Part shown: piece by piece, positions 27,356-35,577 of the stretch | Position numbering within the stretch: the first letter of the stretch is position 1 | Layout of the letters: each line of letters opens with the position of its first letter | Assembly (NCBI GenBank): GCA_023270015.1 | Contig: JAGDXZ010000053.1 | Coordinates: 1 to 37,076, forward strand | From: Candidatus Micrarchaeota archaeon | GTDB lineage: Archaea; Micrarchaeota; Micrarchaeia; Micrarchaeales; CABMGC01 | Length of the DNA: 37,076 nt | Direction: 5' to 3' | Translations under genes and position numbers: made by a program | Notes under the pieces: generated by a model | Database searches by the model: none | Seen by the model: the letters and a program-made list of their open reading frames with translations, nothing else | What the model was told of the DNA's origin: nothing

Positions 27356-27940
27356 ATGGAAATTGGAAAACCCGTTCCGGAATTTACCGCAAACACGTAC
27401 TTTCCAGAAACCAAGGAAATAAAGCAAATACGGCTAAGCGACTACAGGGGGAAGTGGGTGATACTTGCCTTCTACCCCGGCGACTTTACCTTCGTCTGTG
27501 CGACAGACTTGGAGGCGATAACTGAAAAGTACGATGAATTCAAGAAAGCTAACGCACAGGTCTTTGCCATAAGCACAGACAGTGTGTATTCGCACAAGGC
27601 ATGGAGCGACACATCACCAAGGGTAAGCAAAAGCCCAGTACCTATGATAGAAGACTACAAAAAAGAAATAACCTCTGCATATGGATTCCTCAATACAGAC
27701 ACTGGCGCAGCAAGAAGGGGATTTGTAATGATAGACCCAGAAGGAAGGCTGCAATACTATGCAGTGTTCAACGACGCCTTAGGAAAGGACATAGACCACA
27801 TGATAACAGCACTCAACGGCCTTCGCGTAATACATGACACGCCGGTAGAGAAGGGCCACATATGCATAATACCTGCAAACTGGAAGCCTGGGCAGAAGCC
27901 GATGGACATAGAGATAGTAAGGGACATAGGCAAGCTTTAG
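27356..27940 (+). CDS. Peroxiredoxin (AhpC/TSA family)
   Basis: GKWVILAFYPGDFTFVCATD, ISTDSVYSHKAW, RGFVMIDPEG and C-terminal CIIPANWKPG; GGTGA RBS. Confidence 0.93.
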   Translation: MEIGKPVPEFTANTYFPETKEIKQIRLSDYRGKWVILAFYPGDFTFVCATDLEAITEKYDEFKKANAQVFAISTDSVYSHKAWSDTSPRVSKSPVPMIEDYKKEITSAYGFLNTDTGAARRGFVMIDPEGRLQYYAVFNDALGKDIDHMITALNGLRVIHDTPVEKGHICIIPANWKPGQKPMDIEIVRDIGKL

Positions 27941-27982
27941 TTTTTATTTATTTTCTTCCTTTTCTCTTTTCTTTTACTTTCT
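27941..27982 (+). terminator. Oligo-T/pyrimidine-rich archaeal terminator after prx
   Basis: About 40 nt almost entirely T/C immediately after the stop codon. Confidence 0.6.
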
Positions 27983-28023
27983 GAAAGTACTAAAAGCCTT
28001 TACGCTTAATTCTATTTGGTAGC

Positions 28024-28848
28024 GTGCTTGAGAAGCTAATCGCTGGAAAATGGATAGCAGGACCAGAGATAGAAGATTCGATAGAAAGGTCAGTGGCACT
28101 AAACAAGCTTGGCATAAGAACAATCATCAATTACCTTGGCGAAGATTTCAAAAGCAAAGATAGGGTAGAGGACGCAATGGCAACATATGCAAAGCTAATC
28201 AAAGAAATAAAAAGAAGAGGAATAGAAAGCGACATATCAGTCAAGATAACCCAGCTTGGGCTCAGAATTAGCAAGGCCTATGCTACAAAAAACTACCTCA
28301 AGCTTGCTAGGCTTGCAAAGCCGCTCTTTCTATGGCTCGACATGGAATCGAGCGATACCGTAGATGCTACAATCGGCGCGTATGAGAAGGCGCTACATCA
28401 GGGAAACGTAGGCATATGCCTGCAAGCATATTTGAAAAGAAGCTATGAAGATATGAGAAAGCTTGTGAAGAAAGGCGGCATAATAAGGCTGGTAAAAGGC
28501 GCCTATAAGGAAAGGCCCGAAGTAGCATTTCAAAACAAACAGGCAGTGAATGCAAACTTTGAATTCCTTATGAAATATTTGTTCAAGCATGCCAGGAAGT
28601 TTACCATTGCAACCCACGATAAGAATATGGTAGAGAAGGCGCTGCTGCTCAACAGGTCATACCAGCGCCAGGTCACCTATGCGTTTCTAAATGGCATTAG
28701 AGGCAGCTATGCAAGAATGCTGGCAGAGAGAGGCGAACATGTAGCAGTTTATGTGCCTTTTGGCAAGCTTTGGGTCGATTATGCAATAAGGCGGATGAGA
28801 GAACAGGGCCACGCGATGCTAATACTCAGATCATTGCTTGGCAGTTGA
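28024..28848 (+). CDS. Monofunctional proline dehydrogenase
   Basis: WIAG, NYLGE, SVKITQLG, LDME, LQAYL, RLVKGAY, ATHD and YVPFG...YAIRRMRE motifs. Confidence 0.92.
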   Translation: MLEKLIAGKWIAGPEIEDSIERSVALNKLGIRTIINYLGEDFKSKDRVEDAMATYAKLIKEIKRRGIESDISVKITQLGLRISKAYATKNYLKLARLAKPLFLWLDMESSDTVDATIGAYEKALHQGNVGICLQAYLKRSYEDMRKLVKKGGIIRLVKGAYKERPEVAFQNKQAVNANFEFLMKYLFKHARKFTIATHDKNMVEKALLLNRSYQRQVTYAFLNGIRGSYARMLAERGEHVAVYVPFGKLWVDYAIRRMREQGHAMLILRSLLGS

Positions 28849-30597
28849 TTTGCGCGCCTTCGCATTTTCCAATTCTTCTCCAATGCCTACTAGGAACTCG
28901 GTAACTAATCTGGTGTATAGCGAAGCAAAGGCTTCATCATGGAAGGAATAACCAAGCAGATGCACATACTCGTGCATAAATATGCCGAGCAAGCCTAGAA
29001 GGGCGCCTTCGTTTTCAGAGCTTCGGCTAAGTATGCTCTTTACTTCTGAATTGTTAAGGTTGAAGCATATCTTGCCTTTGTATTCGAACGCTTCGATGGA
29101 AGGATCATCTAATTCGGCAAAGTAGATCTCAACGCCTCCGATGCTGATTCCCTCTGACAGTTTAACGATTTTGTCAGCAATTTGTGGGGACGTTACGCTG
29201 TCGAAATTGCTTTTTATGCTAATAACTTTCCCCCTTACAACAGAAGAAAATGCAGTTTCTTGATAGTTCTGCAACTTGTTGACCAGCTCTTGAATGCGTG
29301 GCATATAATTCTCTATAAATTTCAATGCTTCCTTTTCGACTTCGGTCTTAACGCCACGTACTGCATATGAATGTGAAAGGTCTATGTCTGATATAGAAGG
29401 AATGCCTGCAAAAAATGGAACCAAATCTTCATCAATGAGTATCACTGTATAGCCTGAACCGACTGCCCGCTTTACAAATTCGTCACTTGCAGATTTTAAG
29501 GCCCAGATAGTGTTGGGAATTTTAATCAGCTCTCTGATGCTGAGCTTGCCTTCGCCGGTCTCCACGATAATTACATCGAGGAAGTCTGCAGGTTTTGCGC
29601 GACCTTGGGAAATGAACCATTTTGCTGCTTTTATGATCTCTTCTCTTTCTTTTAGCAAATCTTCTTTCTTCCATTCGGACAGAAACCCGATAAGCGCCTC
29701 CCTGTAGATATTGTAAATTTCCCAATCATATATTTTTGTATCTTCCCTGCTAAGTGTAGTTACCGTGTCATTTCCCCTTGGTTTGAAATCAACATAGCCT
29801 CCAAGCATGAAAGGAAGCCCGATAGATTTTATTCTTATTCCCTTTTCCGCTATTGCCAATTCGTTTGAATGGGTAAATCCAACCTCGTAACCGAGTTGCC
29901 TAAAATCGCCGTCGTACCAGAAGTGGTTATCGTATTTATAAACCCTGAGAGGAGCTAACGACACTTCTACTTTCTTGCCGTTTATGTTCACTTCTAGACT
30001 CGTACTGCCGCCGACCAAAATCCCCTTCAAATAATTTTTAAGTTCGTTTTCACTTATCTTGGCCCCATCTATTATTACCCTTGTTCCATCGATAAATTCG
30101 TCGCTTTCCTTTACGACATATTTTCCTATCTGCTTCCACTCAACCACTGTATTTCCTGTTTGTATGGTTATGCTGCCACTATAGCTTATGCTACCGTCGT
30201 TATTTTCCTTTGCAATAGGTGCCCAATAAGAAAGCCTGCCGAAGCCGTATCTTCCCCTTTGGTTCTTAGCATCGTCTTTAAACTTAAATCCCACTTGGCT
30301 GAATTCCTTTTGAATAAAATCTCGGGACATGCCTTTGCCGTTATCTTGAAACAATAGCCTATTGGGAGAAACGCTGATTGAAAGCGCAGTAGCACCTGCG
30401 TCTAAGGCATTCTGAATGATCTCCCTTACAAAGGAAAGCCTATTTTTGTAAATATCGACTCCCTGCTCGTAGAGACCTCTTTCAGTTACACTCAGTGCTA
30501 TCTCCTTTCCTTGACCAGTTACGCCGTTACTTACACTCTGATCCTGGTCGGTAGCTTTTTTCCCAGAAAAAAAGGTAAACCGCATGAATTTCTTCAT
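28831..30597 (-). CDS. GHKL (Hsp90/MORC-like) ATPase with C-terminal HExxH metallopeptidase-like domain
   Basis: REIIQNALDA, QDNGKGM, GRYGFG and DGT GHKL boxes; C-terminal MHEYVHLLGYSFHDEAF. Start is ATG 30597 or 30585; the latter is better spaced from the TATAAATA box. Confidence 0.82.
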   Translation of the reverse strand: MKKFMRFTFFSGKKATDQDQSVSNGVTGQGKEIALSVTERGLYEQGVDIYKNRLSFVREIIQNALDAGATALSISVSPNRLLFQDNGKGMSRDFIQKEFSQVGFKFKDDAKNQRGRYGFGRLSYWAPIAKENNDGSISYSGSITIQTGNTVVEWKQIGKYVVKESDEFIDGTRVIIDGAKISENELKNYLKGILVGGSTSLEVNINGKKVEVSLAPLRVYKYDNHFWYDGDFRQLGYEVGFTHSNELAIAEKGIRIKSIGLPFMLGGYVDFKPRGNDTVTTLSREDTKIYDWEIYNIYREALIGFLSEWKKEDLLKEREEIIKAAKWFISQGRAKPADFLDVIIVETGEGKLSIRELIKIPNTIWALKSASDEFVKRAVGSGYTVILIDEDLVPFFAGIPSISDIDLSHSYAVRGVKTEVEKEALKFIENYMPRIQELVNKLQNYQETAFSSVVRGKVISIKSNFDSVTSPQIADKIVKLSEGISIGGVEIYFAELDDPSIEAFEYKGKICFNLNNSEVKSILSRSSENEGALLGLLGIFMHEYVHLLGYSFHDEAFASLYTRLVTEFLVGIGEELENAKARKSTAKQ

Positions 30598-30702
30598 GCC
30601 TTCGCTGGTATTTATACTTTGATATTTGGAAGCAGTATACAAAAATTTCAACAAAAAGGCAAAACAAAAGTAATAAAATTTTAAATATTATAGCATCCTG
30701 GT

Positions 30703-31179
30703 ATGAAACTTTTTCCAACCGAGGTAGGCATAACTGAATTGAGGGGGATAATAAGTATTATTATGGATAACGGTGGAAAAATAAGCTTGCCGCAGCTCTC
30801 TGACGAGGCAGAGGAAGACATAGACAAGCTGCTGCCTCTTCTTGAAGCAGGGTCTTTGCTTGGCCTAATGAAAATAAAAGGGGCAAGCGTAGCGCTTACC
30901 GAAAAAGGCAAAGGGCTCAATCTTGAAAATCTGGCGAAGATACTTTCCAACGCACTCGCAAAAATAGAACCGTTCAAGACTGCTATGAAAATTCTGAAAG
31001 AGAAAGGGCCGTTAACTACACGAGACCTAGTAAGAAGTCTAAGAAAAATGCATGTAAAGATATATACAGACGAGGCCCTTGATATTGAAGCTGTGAGAAA
31101 GCTGATGCTGAGGTGGGGCGTAAGGAGCAAGATGTTTTCTTACGATTACAACACAGACACTTGGTCTCTGCCCTCCTAA
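30703..31179 (+). CDS. Stand-alone AAA-associated C-terminal (winged-helix) domain protein of NitT/TauT ABC systems
   Basis: VGITELRGIISIIMDNGGKISLPQLSDEAEEDIDKLLPLLEAGSLLGL...VALTEKG...LMLRWG...FSYD matches the AAA_assoc_C pattern as I recall it. Confidence 0.8.
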   Translation: MKLFPTEVGITELRGIISIIMDNGGKISLPQLSDEAEEDIDKLLPLLEAGSLLGLMKIKGASVALTEKGKGLNLENLAKILSNALAKIEPFKTAMKILKEKGPLTTRDLVRSLRKMHVKIYTDEALDIEAVRKLMLRWGVRSKMFSYDYNTDTWSLPS

Positions 31180-31185
31180 CCTAGG

Positions 31186-31743
31186 TCATGGTACAAAAAC
31201 TGCAGCTGCTATTGCCGTTGTCCATTTTCTATCCTTGCCCACTACTGCCGACTGGGTAATGTTAAATGTCTTAACGATCTTGTTGCTCATTTTGTAGACC
31301 TGCTCGCGCTTATCCCAGCTTTGCTCTGCGTTAAATTTTATTCCCAAGGTTGTTGCAAGCATAGTAGCGGCAAGGTCCTCTGCCTTTTCACCTGCCACTT
31401 CGTCGCTCTCACCGAACGCTTCATATTCACTAAGATAGCCGTATGCGCTTCTTTCCTTAGGCATCGCGGCGCCTATGCTGGCTGAGATGAGCCTGTTTGG
31501 CTCATTTGATTCTATCTTGCTTAGTACAAGGAATACAATCTGGCCGGGGTTAAGTAGTTTAAGGCCTTCCTCCTTTTTAATCACCTTGCAGTAGGGAGGT
31601 ATTATGCTTGACACTCTTACCAGATTAAACTGCTGAATCTGTGCGTCCCTAAGTGCCTGCTCAAAAGAGCCTAAAGTGGTCGAATCTCTTCCTACCCCTT
31701 TGGTAAAGAAGATACGCGTTGGCAATAAATCAACGCTTGACAT
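31186..31743 (-). CDS. pdaD: Pyruvoyl-dependent arginine decarboxylase
   Basis: FFTKGVG, SFEQALRDA, FNLVRVSSIIPP (Ser-Ser autocleavage site), YGYLSE and WTTAIAAAVF; AAGGTGG RBS. Confidence 0.93.
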   Translation of the reverse strand: MSSVDLLPTRIFFTKGVGRDSTTLGSFEQALRDAQIQQFNLVRVSSIIPPYCKVIKKEEGLKLLNPGQIVFLVLSKIESNEPNRLISASIGAAMPKERSAYGYLSEYEAFGESDEVAGEKAEDLAATMLATTLGIKFNAEQSWDKREQVYKMSNKIVKTFNITQSAVVGKDRKWTTAIAAAVFVP

Positions 31744-32009
31744 TTTTCCACCTTACAAAAATTGGAAAGATAACAAGAAATCTAAGAGAGGGGAATCTAA
31801 ATAGGGCATAGATACGCCATCAGAATATGTTTCTGTGTTCACCTATGGCAAGTTTGTCAAACACGGACCCACTAATTGAAGTGATATTTGTTCAACAATA
31901 AAATTTAAATAATTCACTCAAAACTCAAAATGAACGCTTATCTTAAATCCTAAGAAGATTTGCATTTGGCATAGATAAAATTTTATACTTATGGAACAAA
32001 ATTACCAAT

Positions 32010-32483
32010 ATGGCGATCAGGTACTGGGAATTTGAGGATGCGCCTCTCAAAGAGAAACTTAAAAATCCAAATGTCAAAGACCTCGCCAAGATTTATTTTG
32101 AAAATGACACAAAAGCATACAGGTTTGCAAAGGCACTGCTTGAAGTCAAGAAAAGAGGAGAACTAAAGCTTAGAGATTGCGATGACAGCCTGCCTATCGC
32201 TACGTGGAAGAGATACTTGGATTTTGGTGTACAAGTCGGCCTGCTCAAACATGAAAATAATGCATATTCTTTCACGGACAGGTATTCAAAGCCTTTGAAA
32301 AATATTGCAACATACATAAAAACATGGATCGAAACCCAACAGCCTGAAGATCTATCGGTTTTGTTTCCGCAAGCTCAGACAGGTAGACAGAAAAAAAGAG
32401 GAGGCAAACAGGCAGAAAACCAAGCCGATGGGCAAAACGCTGAAAATGCTAATGCGAATAACAACGTAGTTTCTCAGCAGTAA
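32010..32483 (+). CDS. Hypothetical protein, possible winged-helix, with low-complexity Q/N tail
   Basis: PIATWKRYLDFGVQVGLLKHENNAYSFT resembles a recognition helix plus wing; TTTTATA box about 27 nt upstream. Confidence 0.7.
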   Translation: MAIRYWEFEDAPLKEKLKNPNVKDLAKIYFENDTKAYRFAKALLEVKKRGELKLRDCDDSLPIATWKRYLDFGVQVGLLKHENNAYSFTDRYSKPLKNIATYIKTWIETQQPEDLSVLFPQAQTGRQKKRGGKQAENQADGQNAENANANNNVVSQQ

Positions 32484-32489
32484 CTTAGT

Positions 32490-33239
32490 CTACACTACTG
32501 TTTCATTCACTGTTACATTTGGAGCTGAGACAGGCTTTGAGCTCAGGTAAAAGCCAGTTACCGCGATGAATTGCGTAGTGCTCAAACCTGTGCCTACAAA
32601 TACTACTCTTATGCTTACATTCTGGCAAAGAAGATTGCCAAGAAAGATGCTTGCATTTTCGAACGTGGATTGGGCGTTTATGTTTCCGGGCACAGCGTAT
32701 GTGTTGAAATGAGCCACTATCGCAGGCTTGTTGTCTTTTAGTATTTCTATGTAAACGAGATTGTTCAATGGTGAGATTATCTTAAAATTAAGGAAAGGAA
32801 GCACCACCTCAAATGGCTTAGAGGTAAGATTACCTGGCTGTATTGCAAGGCCTTTCTGGAACGTGGTTGCGGCGAAAGTATTATTGCCGAATCCGCTCCA
32901 TGGTGCTCCATAGTAGTCTCCTTTTTCATTAGCCCAAGTAAGATTGAGGGGCGCAGAGCCAAATCCGTAGCCTGTAGCTACCCAGTCTGCATATGTGCCT
33001 GAAGAGAAATTGCCGTTAGGTATAGCAACAACGGGGCTTGAGGATAAGCAAGATGCTACCTTTGTCAACGAGGAATTCACTGTAGTGGTTTGTGTTGTTG
33101 TAGTGGTAATTGTTGTATTCTTAATAGTTGTCACAACATGAATAGGTTTTGAAACCGGTCTGCTTGTCTGATATAGGTAGTACGCAAAAATTACTAGTAA
33201 AATCAAGATTATAATATACGCTATAACCCCTTTGTGCAT
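32490..33239 (-). CDS. Membrane-anchored protein with Thr-rich stalk and carbohydrate-binding-module-like domain
   Basis: N-terminal TM, TTITTTTTQTTT linker, then NGNFSSGTYADWVATGYGFG...GNLTSKPF...LNFKI; alternative start 33254. Confidence 0.7.
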   Translation of the reverse strand: MHKGVIAYIIILILLVIFAYYLYQTSRPVSKPIHVVTTIKNTTITTTTTQTTTVNSSLTKVASCLSSSPVVAIPNGNFSSGTYADWVATGYGFGSAPLNLTWANEKGDYYGAPWSGFGNNTFAATTFQKGLAIQPGNLTSKPFEVVLPFLNFKIISPLNNLVYIEILKDNKPAIVAHFNTYAVPGNINAQSTFENASIFLGNLLCQNVSIRVVFVGTGLSTTQFIAVTGFYLSSKPVSAPNVTVNETVV

Positions 33240-33327
33240 AGAATCAAATAACATTTAAAATCGAAGGATATAAAAGTATTAAGGGAAAATTTATTTGCGG
33301 TGTTTATTTGGGAAGCATACCTAGAAA

Positions 33328-34008
33328 GTGGAAAAAGAAAGGAAGGATGCGCTGGAAATGGCTGAAAAAAAGAAGGAAAAGAATGAGAAGAGCGCAGAAG
33401 AGGCGCGCAGGAAAGCTATGATAGGAGTAGCAGTGGGCATAGATTTAGCAGGAAGCAAAAAGAGGCCCACAGGATTTTGCATAATGGATCTTAGCCTAAA
33501 CGCCCACACCTCCGTACTCTACACTGACTCACAAATACTTCGCGAAGTGGCAAAAACGAGGGCGGAGGTAGTTTGCATAGATGCGCCTCTCTCATTACCA
33601 AAAGGCAGGAAAAGTATTGAAGATAGGCATGGGCCGCACTTCAGGGCCTGTGACATGGAGTTGAGAAAAAGGCACATACGCTTCTTTCCCATAACTTTAG
33701 GTCCCATGCGAATGCTCACCGAAAGAGGAATTAGAATAAAGAAAAGGCTTGAGGGCATGGGCTTTAGGGTTTTTGAATGCTTTCCAGGTGGCGCCCAAGA
33801 CATATTGAACATACCACGTAAGCAAGAAGGATTAAACTTGCTAGCGCGCGCACTTAAGAGGCATGGTGTAAAAGGTTTGAAGCCTAGCGCTACAGGCGAT
33901 GAGCTTGATGCTGTGACGTGTGCACTAGTAGGCATAGACTATATTCTTGGAAAATATGAAAAGCTTGGAGATGAAAACGAAGGCATAATACTTATGCCCA
34001 AGACATAA
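33328..34008 (+). CDS. DUF429 family predicted nuclease (RNase H-like fold)
   Basis: GIDLAGSKKRPTG, IDAPLSLP, RACD, ECFPG and DELDAVTCA. The start is uncertain (alternatives ATG 33358 or 33418). Confidence 0.85.
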   Translation: MEKERKDALEMAEKKKEKNEKSAEEARRKAMIGVAVGIDLAGSKKRPTGFCIMDLSLNAHTSVLYTDSQILREVAKTRAEVVCIDAPLSLPKGRKSIEDRHGPHFRACDMELRKRHIRFFPITLGPMRMLTERGIRIKKRLEGMGFRVFECFPGGAQDILNIPRKQEGLNLLARALKRHGVKGLKPSATGDELDAVTCALVGIDYILGKYEKLGDENEGIILMPKT

Positions 34009-34012
34009 CAAG

Positions 34013-34606
34013 CTAAACATTGGCGATAGTTCTTGCCTGATACCTTCCCCTTTTTTCGATCTCTGCAAGCCTACGCAGAACAGCGGAGGAGTTTGCATAA
34101 GCTTTAGCGTAAGCATTTTCAAAAAGCAGGTAAAATTCTTTAGACAAAGACCTTTTCATAAGCAATAGGTCTATCGCCTTTTCTTCTATTCCTGCGTTTG
34201 GTTCTGCGAGGCCGAAGTCAATAATGCAAACACCCTTGTTGGTAAGCAGTATATTTGCAGGGGTGAAATCGCCATGGGCTATGCCAGCACTATGCAGCTT
34301 TGCAAGCTCAATTCCGACATCGGCAATAATCTTTCGATCAAAAGCAGAATCACGCATAAGCTTACCTTTTATCAACTCCATGTAAATTTCATCACTTCCT
34401 GTAGCATAAACAGCAGGCACACTAACGCCTGCATTCTTTGCAACGAGCATGGCATGCGCCTCCTTCTTTGTCCGCATCTTTCTTAGCATTATGTCTAGCT
34501 GGCTAGCTCTGTAGGGCTTGGCGTGCCTCTTCTTCACAAGCAGCAAAGTTCCAAATATGCTTACTAAGTAAATCTTCGCCTCTGCACCTTCACTCAGCAG
34601 CCTCAT
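34013..34606 (-). CDS. bud32: KEOPS complex kinase/ATPase Bud32
   Basis: GAEA, KKRHAKPYR, RTKKEA, HGDFTPANI, IDFGL and IEKRGRY; overlaps the kae1 stop. Confidence 0.93.
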   Translation of the reverse strand: MRLLSEGAEAKIYLVSIFGTLLLVKKRHAKPYRASQLDIMLRKMRTKKEAHAMLVAKNAGVSVPAVYATGSDEIYMELIKGKLMRDSAFDRKIIADVGIELAKLHSAGIAHGDFTPANILLTNKGVCIIDFGLAEPNAGIEEKAIDLLLMKRSLSKEFYLLFENAYAKAYANSSAVLRRLAEIEKRGRYQARTIANV

Positions 34607-35577
34607 ATATACACCTCTGCATTTTCTATCCTATACTTCTGGGTTATAGTGCAGGCATCAAGCTTTTCGGCATGACCGCTTTTCAAAGCTTTCTCAGCCA
34701 CGTACGCAATCATAGCGCCGTTGTCCGCATTGAACTCGTTAGGCGCGTAGCCAAATTTTGTGCGGTGCAGGCTGGCGAGCTTTGCAAGCATTTCCTTTAG
34801 CCTTGTACTCTGCGCTACGCCACCGCAAACACAAAGCTCCTTCGACTTTGTCAAAAGCAAAGCCCTTTCTGTAGCTTCGCACAGCATGGCATAAGCAGTT
34901 TCCTGCAAAGAGTAGCATAAGTCTTCTATGCGTGCTTTGCCTATCTGCCTTTTGGCGTAGGTAAGCAAACCAGTAAAGGTGAAATCCATGCCTTTGACAG
35001 TATAAGGCATTGCCATGTAGCTTCCTCCTTTTGCCACTCTCTCAACTGTCGAGCCCCATGCAGGATCTAGATTGGCTGATCTTGCAAAGCTATCAAGCAT
35101 GTTGCCTACTCCTATATCAAGCGTTTCGCCTAGCACACGATATCGCATTGAGAGCTTGTCCAACTTGAGTATTTGCGAATTGCCTCCGCTGACATAGAGG
35201 GCTATAGGATCTTTCAGCTTGCCAAAGTGCTTTGCAATTTCTATGTGAGCGACTGCATGGTTGACAGGGGCTATGGGCACATTGAGCCTATATGCCAAAG
35301 TCTTTGCCGCAAGCAGACCTATTTGGAGGCAAGTGCCTATGCCTGGACCTTTGGTATAGCCTATGCCCTCTATTTCCTTTATTTTAACTCCCGCCTTTTG
35401 CAGAGCGTTGCCTATTACCTTCTTTGCCACCTTAGCGTGAAACTCGGCAACACGCGATGGCAGCATGCCATGGGTTCCTATACTGTACATGCTCTTTTCA
35501 TTTGCAATAACCTCGCCGTCTTTCACTATGCCAACTCCAAAAGTATGCGCACTGCTTTCTATGCCAAGTACCAGCAT
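34603..35577 (-). CDS. kae1: tRNA N6-threonylcarbamoyladenosine synthesis protein Kae1
   Basis: LGIESSAHTFGVG, GPG, VNHAVAHIE, YVSGGNSQ, GETLDIGVGN, GGVA and DNGAMIA. Confidence 0.96.
   Translation of the reverse strand: MLVLGIESSAHTFGVGIVKDGEVIANEKSMYSIGTHGMLPSRVAEFHAKVAKKVIGNALQKAGVKIKEIEGIGYTKGPGIGTCLQIGLLAAKTLAYRLNVPIAPVNHAVAHIEIAKHFGKLKDPIALYVSGGNSQILKLDKLSMRYRVLGETLDIGVGNMLDSFARSANLDPAWGSTVERVAKGGSYMAMPYTVKGMDFTFTGLLTYAKRQIGKARIEDLCYSLQETAYAMLCEATERALLLTKSKELCVCGGVAQSTRLKEMLAKLASLHRTKFGYAPNEFNADNGAMIAYVAEKALKSGHAEKLDACTITQKYRIENAEVYI

Noticed and set aside
27241-27414. N-terminal extension of the Lrp ORF
   Set aside because: It crosses the AT-rich divergent promoter and overlaps prx; the Lrp domain begins at ATG 27240.
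27490-27510. Selenocysteine in the peroxiredoxin
   Set aside because: The peroxidatic codon is TGT, not TGA.
28831-30597. Canonical HtpG/Hsp90, MutL, gyrase B or topoisomerase VI B
   Set aside because: Only the GHKL core is recognisable; family-specific downstream motifs were not seen, and the C-terminal HExxH domain does not belong to those families.
30681-31130. 149-aa minus-strand ORF and similar antisense ORFs across the window (e.g. 22318-22749, 33519-33935, 35173-35595)
   Set aside because: They lie fully opposite well-supported genes and carry no recognisable motifs.
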